From Parcubacteria group bacterium (lineage in GTDB: Bacteria > Patescibacteriota > Minisyncoccia > Moranbacterales > UBA11712), in contig JBAZXV010000003.1 of assembly GCA_041659685.1 (NCBI GenBank), forward strand, positions 66,040 through 130,039: a stretch of DNA of 64,000 nt, read 5' to 3'. This document shows, piece after piece, positions 30,510 through 39,885 of this stretch. Each line of letters starts with the position of its first letter. The first letter of the stretch is position 1. Both the position numbers and the translations under genes were made by a program. The notes under the pieces were generated by a model that saw only the letters and a list, made by a program, of their open reading frames with translations, ran no database searches and was not told the origin of the DNA.

Positions 30510-31337
30510 ATGAAATATTTTCTCATTTTATTGGGCTTGCCGCTTATTTTTTTCGGGTGCAGCCTTCAAAAAAAATCTGTTTCCCCCAACAGCCAGGTTG
30601 CTCAAGCGCCGAATGACAATGCCGGTAATCCCGAGAAAAACGGGCTGCCGAAAATAAATCAGGAAAATACAGATACTGAAACAAAAATACCAATTCTAAT
30701 GTTTCATTATGTAAGAGTTGCGGACAAATCTAAAGATCCGCTTGGCTATAATTTATCCGTCGATCCGGAAACTTTCGGAAAAGAACTGGCCTGGCTCAAG
30801 AAAAATGGTTATACAACAATTCCGATAAGAGGCATCGAAGACGGAAAAGTTCCCGAAAAATCAGTGGTTCTTTCTTTCGATGACGGATACGAAGATTTTT
30901 ATAGCGCGGCCCTTCCCCTGCTTCAGAAATACGAATTCGGCGCATCCGTAGGAATTATTACCAGTAAAATAAATCAGGCCGGTTATCTTTCGGATTCGCA
31001 AATTATGGATTTAATAACAAATAATATCGAGGTCGTTTCGCACAGCGAATCCCACCCCGACCTCACAAAAATTTCCCCGGATAAGGCGCAAAAAGAAATC
31101 AGGGAGAGCAAGAATTTTCTTGAAAATAAATTGGGCATAAGCATTGGTTCATTCGTTTACCCGTCAGGAGAATACAATGGGGAAATAGAAAAAATAGTGA
31201 AGGATTCGGGATATCTTACCGCCTTGACAACTCAGCCGGGAATGGCCGACGCAAAAGGCAATTTGCTCGAACTAAAGAGAATCCGCATCGACAACCGGGA
31301 CGGATTCGAAGGCTTTAAAAAGAAAATAACAAACTGA
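30510..31337 (+). CDS. Polysaccharide deacetylase (NodB homology) lipoprotein
   Basis: Lipobox FFGCS. Motifs SFDDGYEDFY, HSESHPDL and YPSGEYN. Confidence 0.8.
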   Translation: MKYFLILLGLPLIFFGCSLQKKSVSPNSQVAQAPNDNAGNPEKNGLPKINQENTDTETKIPILMFHYVRVADKSKDPLGYNLSVDPETFGKELAWLKKNGYTTIPIRGIEDGKVPEKSVVLSFDDGYEDFYSAALPLLQKYEFGASVGIITSKINQAGYLSDSQIMDLITNNIEVVSHSESHPDLTKISPDKAQKEIRESKNFLENKLGISIGSFVYPSGEYNGEIEKIVKDSGYLTALTTQPGMADAKGNLLELKRIRIDNRDGFEGFKKKITN

Positions 31338-31341
31338 GAAA

Positions 31342-31620
31342 ATGGCGCGAAAATTTCTAACAATGAAAATTTACGGGAAAGTCCAAGGCGTGGGTTTTCG
31401 GTTTGAAGCGGCAAGAAAGGCGAAAGAACTGAATATCACCGGATTTGCGAGAAATGAGGCCGACCATACCGTCTATATCGAAGCCCAGGGAGACCGCGAA
31501 AACCTCGATAAATTCCTGCATTGGTGCGAGTTCCACGCCCCGTCCCTTGCCAAAGTCACAAGAATTGAGTCAAAATTTTCAAACGATCTTGAAAATTATC
31601 AAACCTTTAAGATATTTTAA
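31342..31620 (+). CDS. acyP: Acylphosphatase
   Basis: VQGVGFR signature and GFARN motif. 92 aa. Confidence 0.85.
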   Translation: MARKFLTMKIYGKVQGVGFRFEAARKAKELNITGFARNEADHTVYIEAQGDRENLDKFLHWCEFHAPSLAKVTRIESKFSNDLENYQTFKIF

Positions 31621-31677
31621 TGAAAAGTATCATTAAAAAGAGACAGCCGGCGGCCGCCTCTTCATTCATTTTAAATT

Positions 31678-33045
31678 TTACTCTTCCCCGTCAAATTCTT
31701 CCATTTTAAATCTTCGGATCATGTAGGCAATTGGATTCTTTTTTGCAAGAATATTGAGAGCGAAATCAACCGCGTTCGAATCTTTCTCAATCGTTCCCAT
31801 GGGAAGGTCCGAAGGCATCCGAAGACTGCTCCATGCATCGCCCGGAAATGTTTTTATCGTAGCTGGCACAGAGATTACCGGCCAATGCGTGTGGGCCGCA
31901 AGTATCGGACCCAGCCCGTTGCTCATGCCGACTTTGGCGATGATCACTCCTCCGGCAGGAAATTCCCTTTCCAATCTTTTAAGTTCTTCAAGGCAAAGGG
32001 CGGTTTTTTTGTGACCGGAAATTATCTTTTCCACTACTTTCACACCCGGAATTTTGGGAACTTCAGGCATTTCGTCTTTTTCTGAACCGGTCCACAAAAC
32101 TAATGCCTGGTCGGATATTTTTGGAAAATCTTGCGTCAGATCGGCCACAAGCTGATATTTTGGTTCGATCATTTCCAGGTCTTCTCCGTCGCGGAAAGCC
32201 TGCTTGGAAAATTCTTTCCATTCGGGATCCCGCAAACGCCAGGAATCATTGTCAATTACATCGGCCACGACAAGCTCTCCGTCCTCGGTTATCCCGAATT
32301 CAATCTTGAGGTCGAGTATCCTGAAGTTTCTTTGCATAAACGCCCCTTCAAGAACCAAAAATGTTTTCTTCATGATTTCGTCCATTTTTTCAAGCCTGCC
32401 TGACTCTCCCAAAAGCACTTTCTTGCGCGATATTGTCCTCTTGAGATCGGATTTTTCATCCCAAACCGGTTTCCAGGCGAAAAGCGGCTTCCAGTTTTCC
32501 TCTTTCGGGTTAAGTATCACGGGATCATCCTGCTCTGAAGTAAGACCTTCAATTAATTTTTCACCGTCGATGACAACGCCCCCTTTAGTGGTCTTCAGAA
32601 AATATTCATTCGCGATGCGGGAAAAATAGTGAGGCGGCTCTCCCGCAGGAACTGTCATATGGGGATTTCTTTTGAGATAGCTTCCGAATGCATAGCGGCG
32701 CGGCACAGCCTCAACCAAAATCATTCGGCAAGGCTTGGCAACAAATTCCACTTCAGAAATTTGCCGCACAAAATGCGTGGGAATGCCGGCCTTTTTCAAA
32801 AGCTCAAAAACCCGGCAAGTCGTGAGATTGGAATTCCGGCCTTTACTTTTGAACTTTTTGGTATATTTAGGATCATTAAATGCGGTTATATCGTCCTTAT
32901 ACTCGACGATCACCGTTTTGGGATCATTTTTATTTTCCCAAATTTTTTTCGTTTTTCCCTCCGCGATAAGTTTCCCTTTTTGATGGCCAGGCATGGTGAT
33001 ATGGTTTATTAAATTAGAAAAAGGATTAAAATTTTCGAAAGGCAT
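31678..33045 (-). CDS. Bifunctional SAICAR synthetase (PurC) / PurE-type AIR carboxylase-mutase fusion (PAICS-like)
   Basis: N-terminal ~300 aa carry the PurC motifs EGKTKKIWE, LVEAVPRRYAFGS, LDLKIEFG and DVIDNDSWRLRD. C-terminal ~150 aa carry the PurE motifs LVLWTGSEKD and GLGPILAAHTHWPVISVP. Single uninterrupted 455-aa ORF. Confidence 0.75.
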   Translation of the reverse strand: MPFENFNPFSNLINHITMPGHQKGKLIAEGKTKKIWENKNDPKTVIVEYKDDITAFNDPKYTKKFKSKGRNSNLTTCRVFELLKKAGIPTHFVRQISEVEFVAKPCRMILVEAVPRRYAFGSYLKRNPHMTVPAGEPPHYFSRIANEYFLKTTKGGVVIDGEKLIEGLTSEQDDPVILNPKEENWKPLFAWKPVWDEKSDLKRTISRKKVLLGESGRLEKMDEIMKKTFLVLEGAFMQRNFRILDLKIEFGITEDGELVVADVIDNDSWRLRDPEWKEFSKQAFRDGEDLEMIEPKYQLVADLTQDFPKISDQALVLWTGSEKDEMPEVPKIPGVKVVEKIISGHKKTALCLEELKRLEREFPAGGVIIAKVGMSNGLGPILAAHTHWPVISVPATIKTFPGDAWSSLRMPSDLPMGTIEKDSNAVDFALNILAKKNPIAYMIRRFKMEEFDGEE

Positions 33046-33164
33046 ATTGCTTGGGAATCCAAATTTATCTGAAAATTTTCATTTTTGATTTGCATATGAG
33101 GAAATTTTCGGCTGTCAAATTTGAGATCAGAGTTTTATTTTGAAAAAATCTTTTATTCTTCTGC

Positions 33165-34469
33165 CTATCTTTTCTCAAAAACCCTTTTGAATATATAATC
33201 GACGTGCCGGAGCTTCTTTTCAAGGTCAAAACACCCGTCCAAATCTTCCCTGCTCAAATATTTCATCACTTTTTTGTCACGAATGAGCGCTTCCCGAAAA
33301 TCCTCCTTGCTTTCCCAGCAATTTTGGGCGATATCCCGGACAATCTTATAAGCCTCTTCACGGGGAAGGTTGCTTTTTTTCGCAAGAAGCGTCTGGACAT
33401 CCTGGGAGAAAACCAATCCCCTGGTAAGGAAAATATTTTCCCTCATCTTTTCAGGATAAATTATCCACTTTTCCAGGATGCCTGACAAACGGCTCAGCAT
33501 ATAATCAAGAAGAATCGACGCATCAGGAAGAAAAATTCTTTCCTGGCCGGAGTTTGAAAGATCCCGTTCATCCCAGCTGCTAATCGTCGCCAGGGCCGCT
33601 GCCGCATAACATCGCATCATATTCGCCATTCCGGAAACATTTTCGGCCGCAATAGGATTTCTCTTATGGGGCATAGCTGAAGATCCCCGCTGTTTTTCGG
33701 GATCGAAATATTCCTGGGCCTCAAGAATTTCCGTCCTTTGAAGAGTGCGGATGTTCACTCCGATCTTCTCGACTGTCCCGGCAACAATGGCCAGAACGGA
33801 AACATATTCAGCGCTGATGTCCCGCGAAATTATTTGCGAGGCGATAATGGGCCTCAGTCCTAAAATTTCGCAAGTTGCTTCCTCCACCCCGGGATCGAGC
33901 GTGTACATCCCCACCGCTCCGGAAATCTTCCCCACTGCGACTTGTTTTTCCAGTCTTTCCAGCCTGCTGTCTTGCCGGTTGAATTCGTCGTACCACCTGG
34001 CCAGTTTTGCGCCAAAAGTGATCGGCTCGGCATGAACCCCGTGTGTTCTTCCGATTTGAGGCGTATTTTTATATTTCAAGGCTTTTTCCTTGAGCGCTTC
34101 CTTTATTTTGTCGATCCGAATCCGAAGAAGTTTAATGCTTTCGATAAACTGAAGGCTGAGCGCCGTGTCTTGAGTGTCATAGGAAGTCATTCCGGCGTGC
34201 CAATAAGGACGAATTTCTTCCGGAAGCTGAGGCGAAGTATGCATCAGAAAAGCGATAACATCATGCCTCGTAATCTCTTTTTCAATCCGGTTTATTTCTC
34301 CGGGATCGATCCTTAGCGATTCAACCAAGTTTTTTGGAATTTTTACATCAAGAATCCCCAGGTTGACTTTGGCCGTAAGAACCGCCTCTTCAACCCTTGC
34401 CCAATTGCGAAATTTTGATTCTTCGCTCCAAATTCCATCCATTTCTTTGGTCGAATATCTCGATATCAT
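33165..34469 (-). CDS. purB: Adenylosuccinate lyase
   Basis: GSSAMPHKRNP signature. N-terminal MIxRYSxxEM typical of PurB. 434 aa. Confidence 0.9.
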   Translation of the reverse strand: MISRYSTKEMDGIWSEESKFRNWARVEEAVLTAKVNLGILDVKIPKNLVESLRIDPGEINRIEKEITRHDVIAFLMHTSPQLPEEIRPYWHAGMTSYDTQDTALSLQFIESIKLLRIRIDKIKEALKEKALKYKNTPQIGRTHGVHAEPITFGAKLARWYDEFNRQDSRLERLEKQVAVGKISGAVGMYTLDPGVEEATCEILGLRPIIASQIISRDISAEYVSVLAIVAGTVEKIGVNIRTLQRTEILEAQEYFDPEKQRGSSAMPHKRNPIAAENVSGMANMMRCYAAAALATISSWDERDLSNSGQERIFLPDASILLDYMLSRLSGILEKWIIYPEKMRENIFLTRGLVFSQDVQTLLAKKSNLPREEAYKIVRDIAQNCWESKEDFREALIRDKKVMKYLSREDLDGCFDLEKKLRHVDYIFKRVFEKR

Positions 34470-34941
34470 GCTTTATATATCAATAATAATTAGATTATCT
34501 CTTCTGTTTGTATTCTATAAGATTTGGATTTAATTGTCCAAATAAAACTGGCCAGCCCCGGAGGACTGGCCCAAAATGAAAAAGATGAAGCTAAGCGGGA
34601 ATAGGTCTTACGACACTTTTTGAGGTCAATTCTTGCGAAGGGCATCTCTCCGGCTGTCTGGTATTTCTTGACGGCGGCGACCACTTCCTCCCGAAATTTT
34701 TCCTGAACTTCGGCGGCCTCTGCAAATATCCCATTTTCCCTCCTCCGCTTTCGACCATGACTTTCTCTTCCGCAGGATATAAGTTAAAAACTTCATAACT
34801 CACTCAATGGGAATTATCAATGTTTGCGGGGCGAACTGTTTTATCCAAAATAGTATCCGATGACTATGTTTTCGCGTTTATGCTGTTTTTATGCTAATAT
34901 TTAATCAGAAATTAAAATACAAATTAGCGAGGAGGTGACTT

Positions 34942-35373
34942 ATGGATCCGACATATAACTATAATTACCAATACTCCGGCAATATGCCTCCGGAATCCGG
35001 CGCCGCCGCATTTGCTTTCGCCGGAGGAATGTTTATTTTTGTCCTGCTCGTTATTCTCGTGGTTTACATCCTTGTTGCGCTCTCCCTTATGAAAATTGCC
35101 GAGCGGACAAACACGCCTAACGCCTGGTTCGCCTGGATTCCGATTCTCAACCTCATCTTGATGCTTCAGATCGCCAATCGCCCGATGTGGTGGCTCATTT
35201 TCTGGCTTGTCCCGATCCTGAATATAGCGGGGATCGTCCTTAATTTCGTTATTTGGGTTGATATCGCCAAAAGACTGGGAAAATCGGCTGTCATGGGAGT
35301 ATTAGCGGTCATAATACCGATTATTTTCATGCCTTATCTCGCCTTTTCAAAAAGCGACATTCAGGCGCAATAG
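34942..35373 (+). CDS. Small integral membrane protein (hypothetical, DUF5684-like)
   Basis: Three or four transmembrane helices after a Tyr/Asn-rich N-terminus. Shine-Dalgarno GAGGAGGTGA upstream. Confidence 0.45.
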   Translation: MDPTYNYNYQYSGNMPPESGAAAFAFAGGMFIFVLLVILVVYILVALSLMKIAERTNTPNAWFAWIPILNLILMLQIANRPMWWLIFWLVPILNIAGIVLNFVIWVDIAKRLGKSAVMGVLAVIIPIIFMPYLAFSKSDIQAQ

Positions 35374-35460
35374 CAAAAAAAAATCATATAGCTTAGCGTA
35401 TAAATATAGTCAAACTTCCGTTTGGCTATATTTTTTGCCCATTGTTGCTATAATAATATT

Positions 35461-36579
35461 ATGGCCTCAAAGAAAATTACAATTATTGCTTCATCAATCA
35501 TTTCCATCGCTGCTGTAGCGGGATTGGGATATTTTATCATTGCTCCGAGTCCTGCAAAAACAACCGGAAATGCACCTACTCAAAACCAAATAACCCCTGA
35601 ACTTGAGTCTTTTCAGGGTGTTTTGGCCGGTGTCTTGGAAGGCATCGAAGAAAATACCGGAAAAATCCCTGAAGTGCTTTCTAATCCTTTTGCCAAAAAA
35701 GAGGGAGCCGCGGCATCACCCGCGCCTTCTTCCGGTGAGAATAATTTTACTTTCGCTATCCTCGGTGACACGCAGCGGTTTACCGCCGGAAATAAACAAG
35801 GCAATTTCCAAAAGGCGACCGCTAACATTAAAAAACAAAATCCGAATATGATCATCGCCGTCGGCGACCTCGTCAGCAACTGCAAGGGAAAAAGCGACGA
35901 CGCTCAAAACTACGACGATTGGAAAAATATTTTAGGCGCGCTAACAAGCAAAACCTATGCCGTGCAGGGAAATCATGACCGAGTGGAAAATTTGGACAAG
36001 TGCGACCGGATTTGGCAGGATACTTTCAATTTCCCGACCAACGGACCAAGCGGTTTTTCAGAACTTACCTATTCCCTGGATTTCAAAAATTCCCATTTCG
36101 TTTTTCTGGACAGCAACAAACCGGACGCGCACCAAGTCAACGATGCGCAGAGAGATTGGCTGGAACAAGACCTGACCAAAAACAAAAAAGAAAATACTTT
36201 CGTTATTTTTCACGAACCGGCTTATCCGACCGGATATAAATCGGGGGAAAGCCTTGACGTCGAACCGTCGCAAAGAAACGCGCTTTGGGAAATTTTGGAC
36301 AGGCATAACGTTACGGCTGTTTTTAACGGCCATGAGCACATCGCAAGCCGCCGAAAAATCGACAGCCAGGTTTCTTCCGCCGCGAAAAACAGCATTTATC
36401 AATTCGTTTTCGGAAATACCGATTCTTTTGATCATACCCTTCCTGCTCCCGGTATCGCCGAATACGCTAATCAAGGCCAGGGGCGTTACGGAATCGTAAA
36501 AGTAAGCGGCAAAGAAATTACGGTTGAAACCCGCGGACCAAACGGAGAAATTCTCGACACGTTCGCCTTCTCGAAATAA
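35461..36579 (+). CDS. Calcineurin-like metallophosphoesterase (secreted or anchored)
   Basis: GDTQ, GDLVSN, GNHD and GHEH metal-ligand motifs in order. N-terminal transmembrane helix. TATAAT -10 box just upstream of the ATG at 35461. Confidence 0.75.
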   Translation: MASKKITIIASSIISIAAVAGLGYFIIAPSPAKTTGNAPTQNQITPELESFQGVLAGVLEGIEENTGKIPEVLSNPFAKKEGAAASPAPSSGENNFTFAILGDTQRFTAGNKQGNFQKATANIKKQNPNMIIAVGDLVSNCKGKSDDAQNYDDWKNILGALTSKTYAVQGNHDRVENLDKCDRIWQDTFNFPTNGPSGFSELTYSLDFKNSHFVFLDSNKPDAHQVNDAQRDWLEQDLTKNKKENTFVIFHEPAYPTGYKSGESLDVEPSQRNALWEILDRHNVTAVFNGHEHIASRRKIDSQVSSAAKNSIYQFVFGNTDSFDHTLPAPGIAEYANQGQGRYGIVKVSGKEITVETRGPNGEILDTFAFSK

Positions 36580-36656
36580 TTAAGGGAGAAAAAAGGTATT
36601 ATTTAATATGATTTTCAAGTAGCCTTTAAATATTTTTTATTATTAATTCGAAAAAC

Positions 36657-37127
36657 ATGGAAGAAGAAACAAAAAAAGAAAACGAATCCGCGCCGAAAAA
36701 AAGAAACCTATCCGTTTGGATAGCCGCCGCCCTGATAATCATAATAATCGGCATTTTTTATGTGACTCGCGGACGATCCATGTATACAGCGCCTCCCGCT
36801 CAAACTCCGGCCGCGAAGACGCCAAATGAATTATCAGCGTCGGATATTCAGAATATGAGGGTCTTTGAGATATCCGGAAAACCGTTTGAATTCTCGGTGA
36901 AGGAAATAAAAGTGAAAAAAGGAGACAAGGTAAGAATTAATTTTTCTTCCACACAGGGCATGCACGATTGGGTCGTGGATGAATTTAACGCAAAAACAAA
37001 AATCGTCCAAGCGGGTCAAAGCGATTCCATCGAGTTCGTCGCCGACAAAACCGGAATATTTGAATATTACTGCAGCGTGCCGACCCATCGCCAGCAGGGA
37101 ATGGTTGGAAAATTGATCGTGGAATAA
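36657..37127 (+). CDS. Cupredoxin-domain (blue-copper-like) protein, membrane anchored
   Basis: N-terminal transmembrane helix. Putative copper ligands GMHDW and YYCSVPTHRQQGM (C-x4-H-x4-M). Confidence 0.6.
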   Translation: MEEETKKENESAPKKRNLSVWIAAALIIIIIGIFYVTRGRSMYTAPPAQTPAAKTPNELSASDIQNMRVFEISGKPFEFSVKEIKVKKGDKVRINFSSTQGMHDWVVDEFNAKTKIVQAGQSDSIEFVADKTGIFEYYCSVPTHRQQGMVGKLIVE

Positions 37128-37145
37128 AAATAATAAAAAAATAAA

Positions 37146-37370
37146 ATGATTTCTTCATTGGCTTATCACCTCATTGCCGGGTTGCCGCTGGTCGCCTACT
37201 TAGGGATGGCAACTTTAATTTTGCTTTTTTCCACAGCTACGGTTGGTTTCCTTAATTACCGGGGCAATACAAAAATTCCCTTCCGATGGCATCCGCGCCT
37301 TGCCGCGGCTACTCTTGCCGTCGCCGCCGTCCATGCCGTTTTTGCCTTGTCGGCATATATCGGATTTTAA
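37146..37370 (+). CDS. Small membrane protein (hypothetical)
   Basis: 74 aa with two transmembrane helices. Lies 19 nt downstream of the cupredoxin gene. Confidence 0.4.
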   Translation: MISSLAYHLIAGLPLVAYLGMATLILLFSTATVGFLNYRGNTKIPFRWHPRLAAATLAVAAVHAVFALSAYIGF

Positions 37371-37388
37371 AAATTAATTTTCAATTTT

Positions 37389-37619
37389 ATGCCAAAAGTG
37401 CCCGATAACCAGGAAAACGCGAATAAATGTTTTTGCGTCAGATGCCCGACTTTTATCCAAACGGAATGCCCGAAAGAAAAGACGGAAATTCTCTATTGCG
37501 CCAAAGGAAAAACCGACTGTGAACTTTCGAAGAAAGGATGCCTTTGCGGAGCCTGCCCCGTTCACGAAGAATATAATCTTGAAGGCGGATATTTTTGCCT
37601 GCGCGGCGCGGAAAAATGA
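37389..37619 (+). CDS. Cys-rich small protein (DUF2769-like / zf-like domain)
   Basis: KCFCVRCPTF...ECP...LYCAKGKTDCE...GCLCGACPVHEEY. Its two CxCxxCP half-motifs are repeated in the N-terminus of the neighbouring glutamate-synthase-like protein. Confidence 0.55.
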   Translation: MPKVPDNQENANKCFCVRCPTFIQTECPKEKTEILYCAKGKTDCELSKKGCLCGACPVHEEYNLEGGYFCLRGAEK

Positions 37620-37694
37620 GAGAACGCTTGAAAGATAAAAACAAATCAGCATGCCAATCTGCTGATTTATTTTTTATGGAATATTTCTATAATT

Positions 37695-39185
37695 TTAATT
37701 TCCTCCCGCCCACTTCACCTCGCAAATTTCCGCCAAATTTCTGTTCACGGCAACCAGATTTTTCCCCGACAGTGCGTTTACGTCATTCTCTCCGACAATC
37801 CGGGCAAGTTCCGCGATCTCTTCTGTGGATATTTTAATAAAATTCTTGAGCTTGCGAACGCCTTCATCGACATCGAGTTGTTTTGTGAGTTCCGGCTTAT
37901 GCGTCGTTATGCCTGTGGGGCAAAGCCCCGTGTGACAAATCCGGTATTGCCGGCAATTGATGGCAATAAGCGCCGCCGTGCCAATATAGACTGCGTCTGC
38001 TCCGAGCGCAAGGCATTTAGCAAAATCAGCCGAAAAGCGCAGCCCTCCGCCGGCAATCAATGTTATTTTATCTCTTAACCTGAGCTCGCTAAGAATTTTA
38101 TTCGCCCTTGGTATCGCCGTCCAAATCGGAATTCCGACATTGTCCTTCACATACGCGTCCGTGGCGCCGGTTCCTCCTCCAAATCCGTCGACTGCAATGT
38201 AATCAATTCCCGCCTCGGCCAAAATTTTTATATCCTCCTCAATGTTCCCGCAGCCAATTTTCGCGCCGATCGGAATTCCGCCGGTGATTCCCCGCAGCCA
38301 TTTCACTTTTTTCGAAATTTCCGCAGGCGTCTTCATATCGTGATGATGGGCGGGGGAATAAGCCGGCTCTCCGGTCTTGAGCCCGCGAAGCTTTGAGACT
38401 TCCTCCGTCATTTTTTTGGCCGGAAGATAACTGCCCTTTCCCGGATAAGCCCCCTGGCCGAAACGGATTTCAACCGCCGCCACTTTCTTGAGGACGTCTT
38501 CGTTTATGCCGTATCTCCCCGTAGCGTATTGTCCGATCAAAAATTCTTTGGATTCATAAGCTTCCTCGATTATCCCCCCTTCTCCCGAATTAAAAGCTAT
38601 TTTCAATTCTTTTGCGGCGCGGGAAATAACAAGATGCACATTTTTCGAAGTTGCTCCGAAACTCATTCCGGAAATCATAATCGGAGAAGAAACCCGCAAA
38701 GGTTTTTTTGCCGCCGGACCGATGATTGTTTCCGTATTGACTTTTTCTTCTCGGTTTAAGGGTATTTTTGATATTTGAGCGGGAACGAAATGGAGGCCAT
38801 CAAACGAAAAATCGCAACCGGGATTCCTGAGAGATCCCATCGAGTTCACGATGCTCCTGCCCGTTTCCGCCAAAGTCTTGATATCAACGACCTTCCGATA
38901 AAATTCTTCGCTCTCAAGCGCTTTCTTTTTCCGCATAACCGCTTTTCCGCCTTTGGCGGACGCTAATCCAACTTCGTCCCGATTGCAATAATAAATTTCC
39001 TTAAGATTATTCTCGCTCCAAACTTCGCAACCCGGACAGAGGCATCCTTTAGCATCGATATCGCATCGGCTATGTCCGACTTCCTCAGAACAGTACAAGA
39101 TTTCACCCCGGCAATCATGCGGGTAACTGGGACAATTCGGACAAAGGCATTTCTCCCGGTTTTCCTTTGAATTTTGGACTGGCAT
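37695..39185 (-). CDS. Glutamate-synthase-family FMN-binding domain protein (GltB domain-2-like) with N-terminal Cys-rich DUF2769-like module
   Basis: VSSPIMISGMSFGATS...SGEGG and the GGTGA and IAGGGLR segments match the GltS FMN domain. The N-terminal 70 aa (CLCPNCP...GCLCPGCEVW) parallel the 76-aa neighbour. Confidence 0.7.
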   Translation of the reverse strand: MPVQNSKENREKCLCPNCPSYPHDCRGEILYCSEEVGHSRCDIDAKGCLCPGCEVWSENNLKEIYYCNRDEVGLASAKGGKAVMRKKKALESEEFYRKVVDIKTLAETGRSIVNSMGSLRNPGCDFSFDGLHFVPAQISKIPLNREEKVNTETIIGPAAKKPLRVSSPIMISGMSFGATSKNVHLVISRAAKELKIAFNSGEGGIIEEAYESKEFLIGQYATGRYGINEDVLKKVAAVEIRFGQGAYPGKGSYLPAKKMTEEVSKLRGLKTGEPAYSPAHHHDMKTPAEISKKVKWLRGITGGIPIGAKIGCGNIEEDIKILAEAGIDYIAVDGFGGGTGATDAYVKDNVGIPIWTAIPRANKILSELRLRDKITLIAGGGLRFSADFAKCLALGADAVYIGTAALIAINCRQYRICHTGLCPTGITTHKPELTKQLDVDEGVRKLKNFIKISTEEIAELARIVGENDVNALSGKNLVAVNRNLAEICEVKWAGGN

Positions 39186-39487
39186 ACTAATTGAGAAGTA
39201 TTTGTTTATCGCTAATTACTAATACTATACCTAATATCTTTCTTATTTGCCATAACCGGAAAATTTCGCGTAAGCAATAAATCGGTATTTACCCCAGGGC
39301 AAGCCCTGGACCTTATCGGACTGCGCCCCAATATCAAATCGGGGCGGGGCATTAACCGCTTTGATGTCGTCACTCGCCCGGAAATGATCCTGCTAAGCGG
39401 GACCATTTCCCTCGCTTCGTTCGACAATAAAAAGAATTACGCAACGAGTTACGTAATTCCAACACCTTTTATGCCTGCCTCATCTAA

Positions 39488-39784
39488 CTATTCAGATTTT
39501 TGTCCCGGCAGAAGTTCTCGAAAATTTTCGCCCTCTTCCTCTTTAACCAGTAAGTACACCGGACACATGTGGCAGGTTTCCCTCTTTTGCGCAAAAACTC
39601 CCTGGACTTTTTCTCCGCAGAGTGTCCCTGCAATTGCCCAACAGATCCTTCCTCCGTTTTTTCCTTCATTTAGGAGGTCGCTTTCTGAATTTTTATTAAC
39701 CGGACAAACACCCAGCTCGGAAACTTTATCCCCGCCAACTTCGCGTCCGCATTGCAGAAGCTCCCAACAATTGTACTTTTTCAT
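39488..39784 (-). CDS. Two-CW-like Cys-rich domain protein
   Basis: Paired motifs NCWELLQCG...CPV and ICWAIAGTLCG...CHMCPV. Confidence 0.5.
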   Translation of the reverse strand: MKKYNCWELLQCGREVGGDKVSELGVCPVNKNSESDLLNEGKNGGRICWAIAGTLCGEKVQGVFAQKRETCHMCPVYLLVKEEEGENFRELLPGQKSE

Positions 39785-39885
39785 TTTTTGAAAATTACTA
39801 TCTTAAACTATATCGACAGTTTGATTATATAAAAATTAAAAAGATTAGTCACGAGATCATTTCCTTCCTTTCTCCTCTTCGGCTG

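Noticed and set aside
34470-34600. ZTP or purine riboswitch upstream of purB.
   Set aside because: The conserved UGACUGGCG and CCGCCUGGGC blocks are not present in the right order. Only a generic hairpin is seen.
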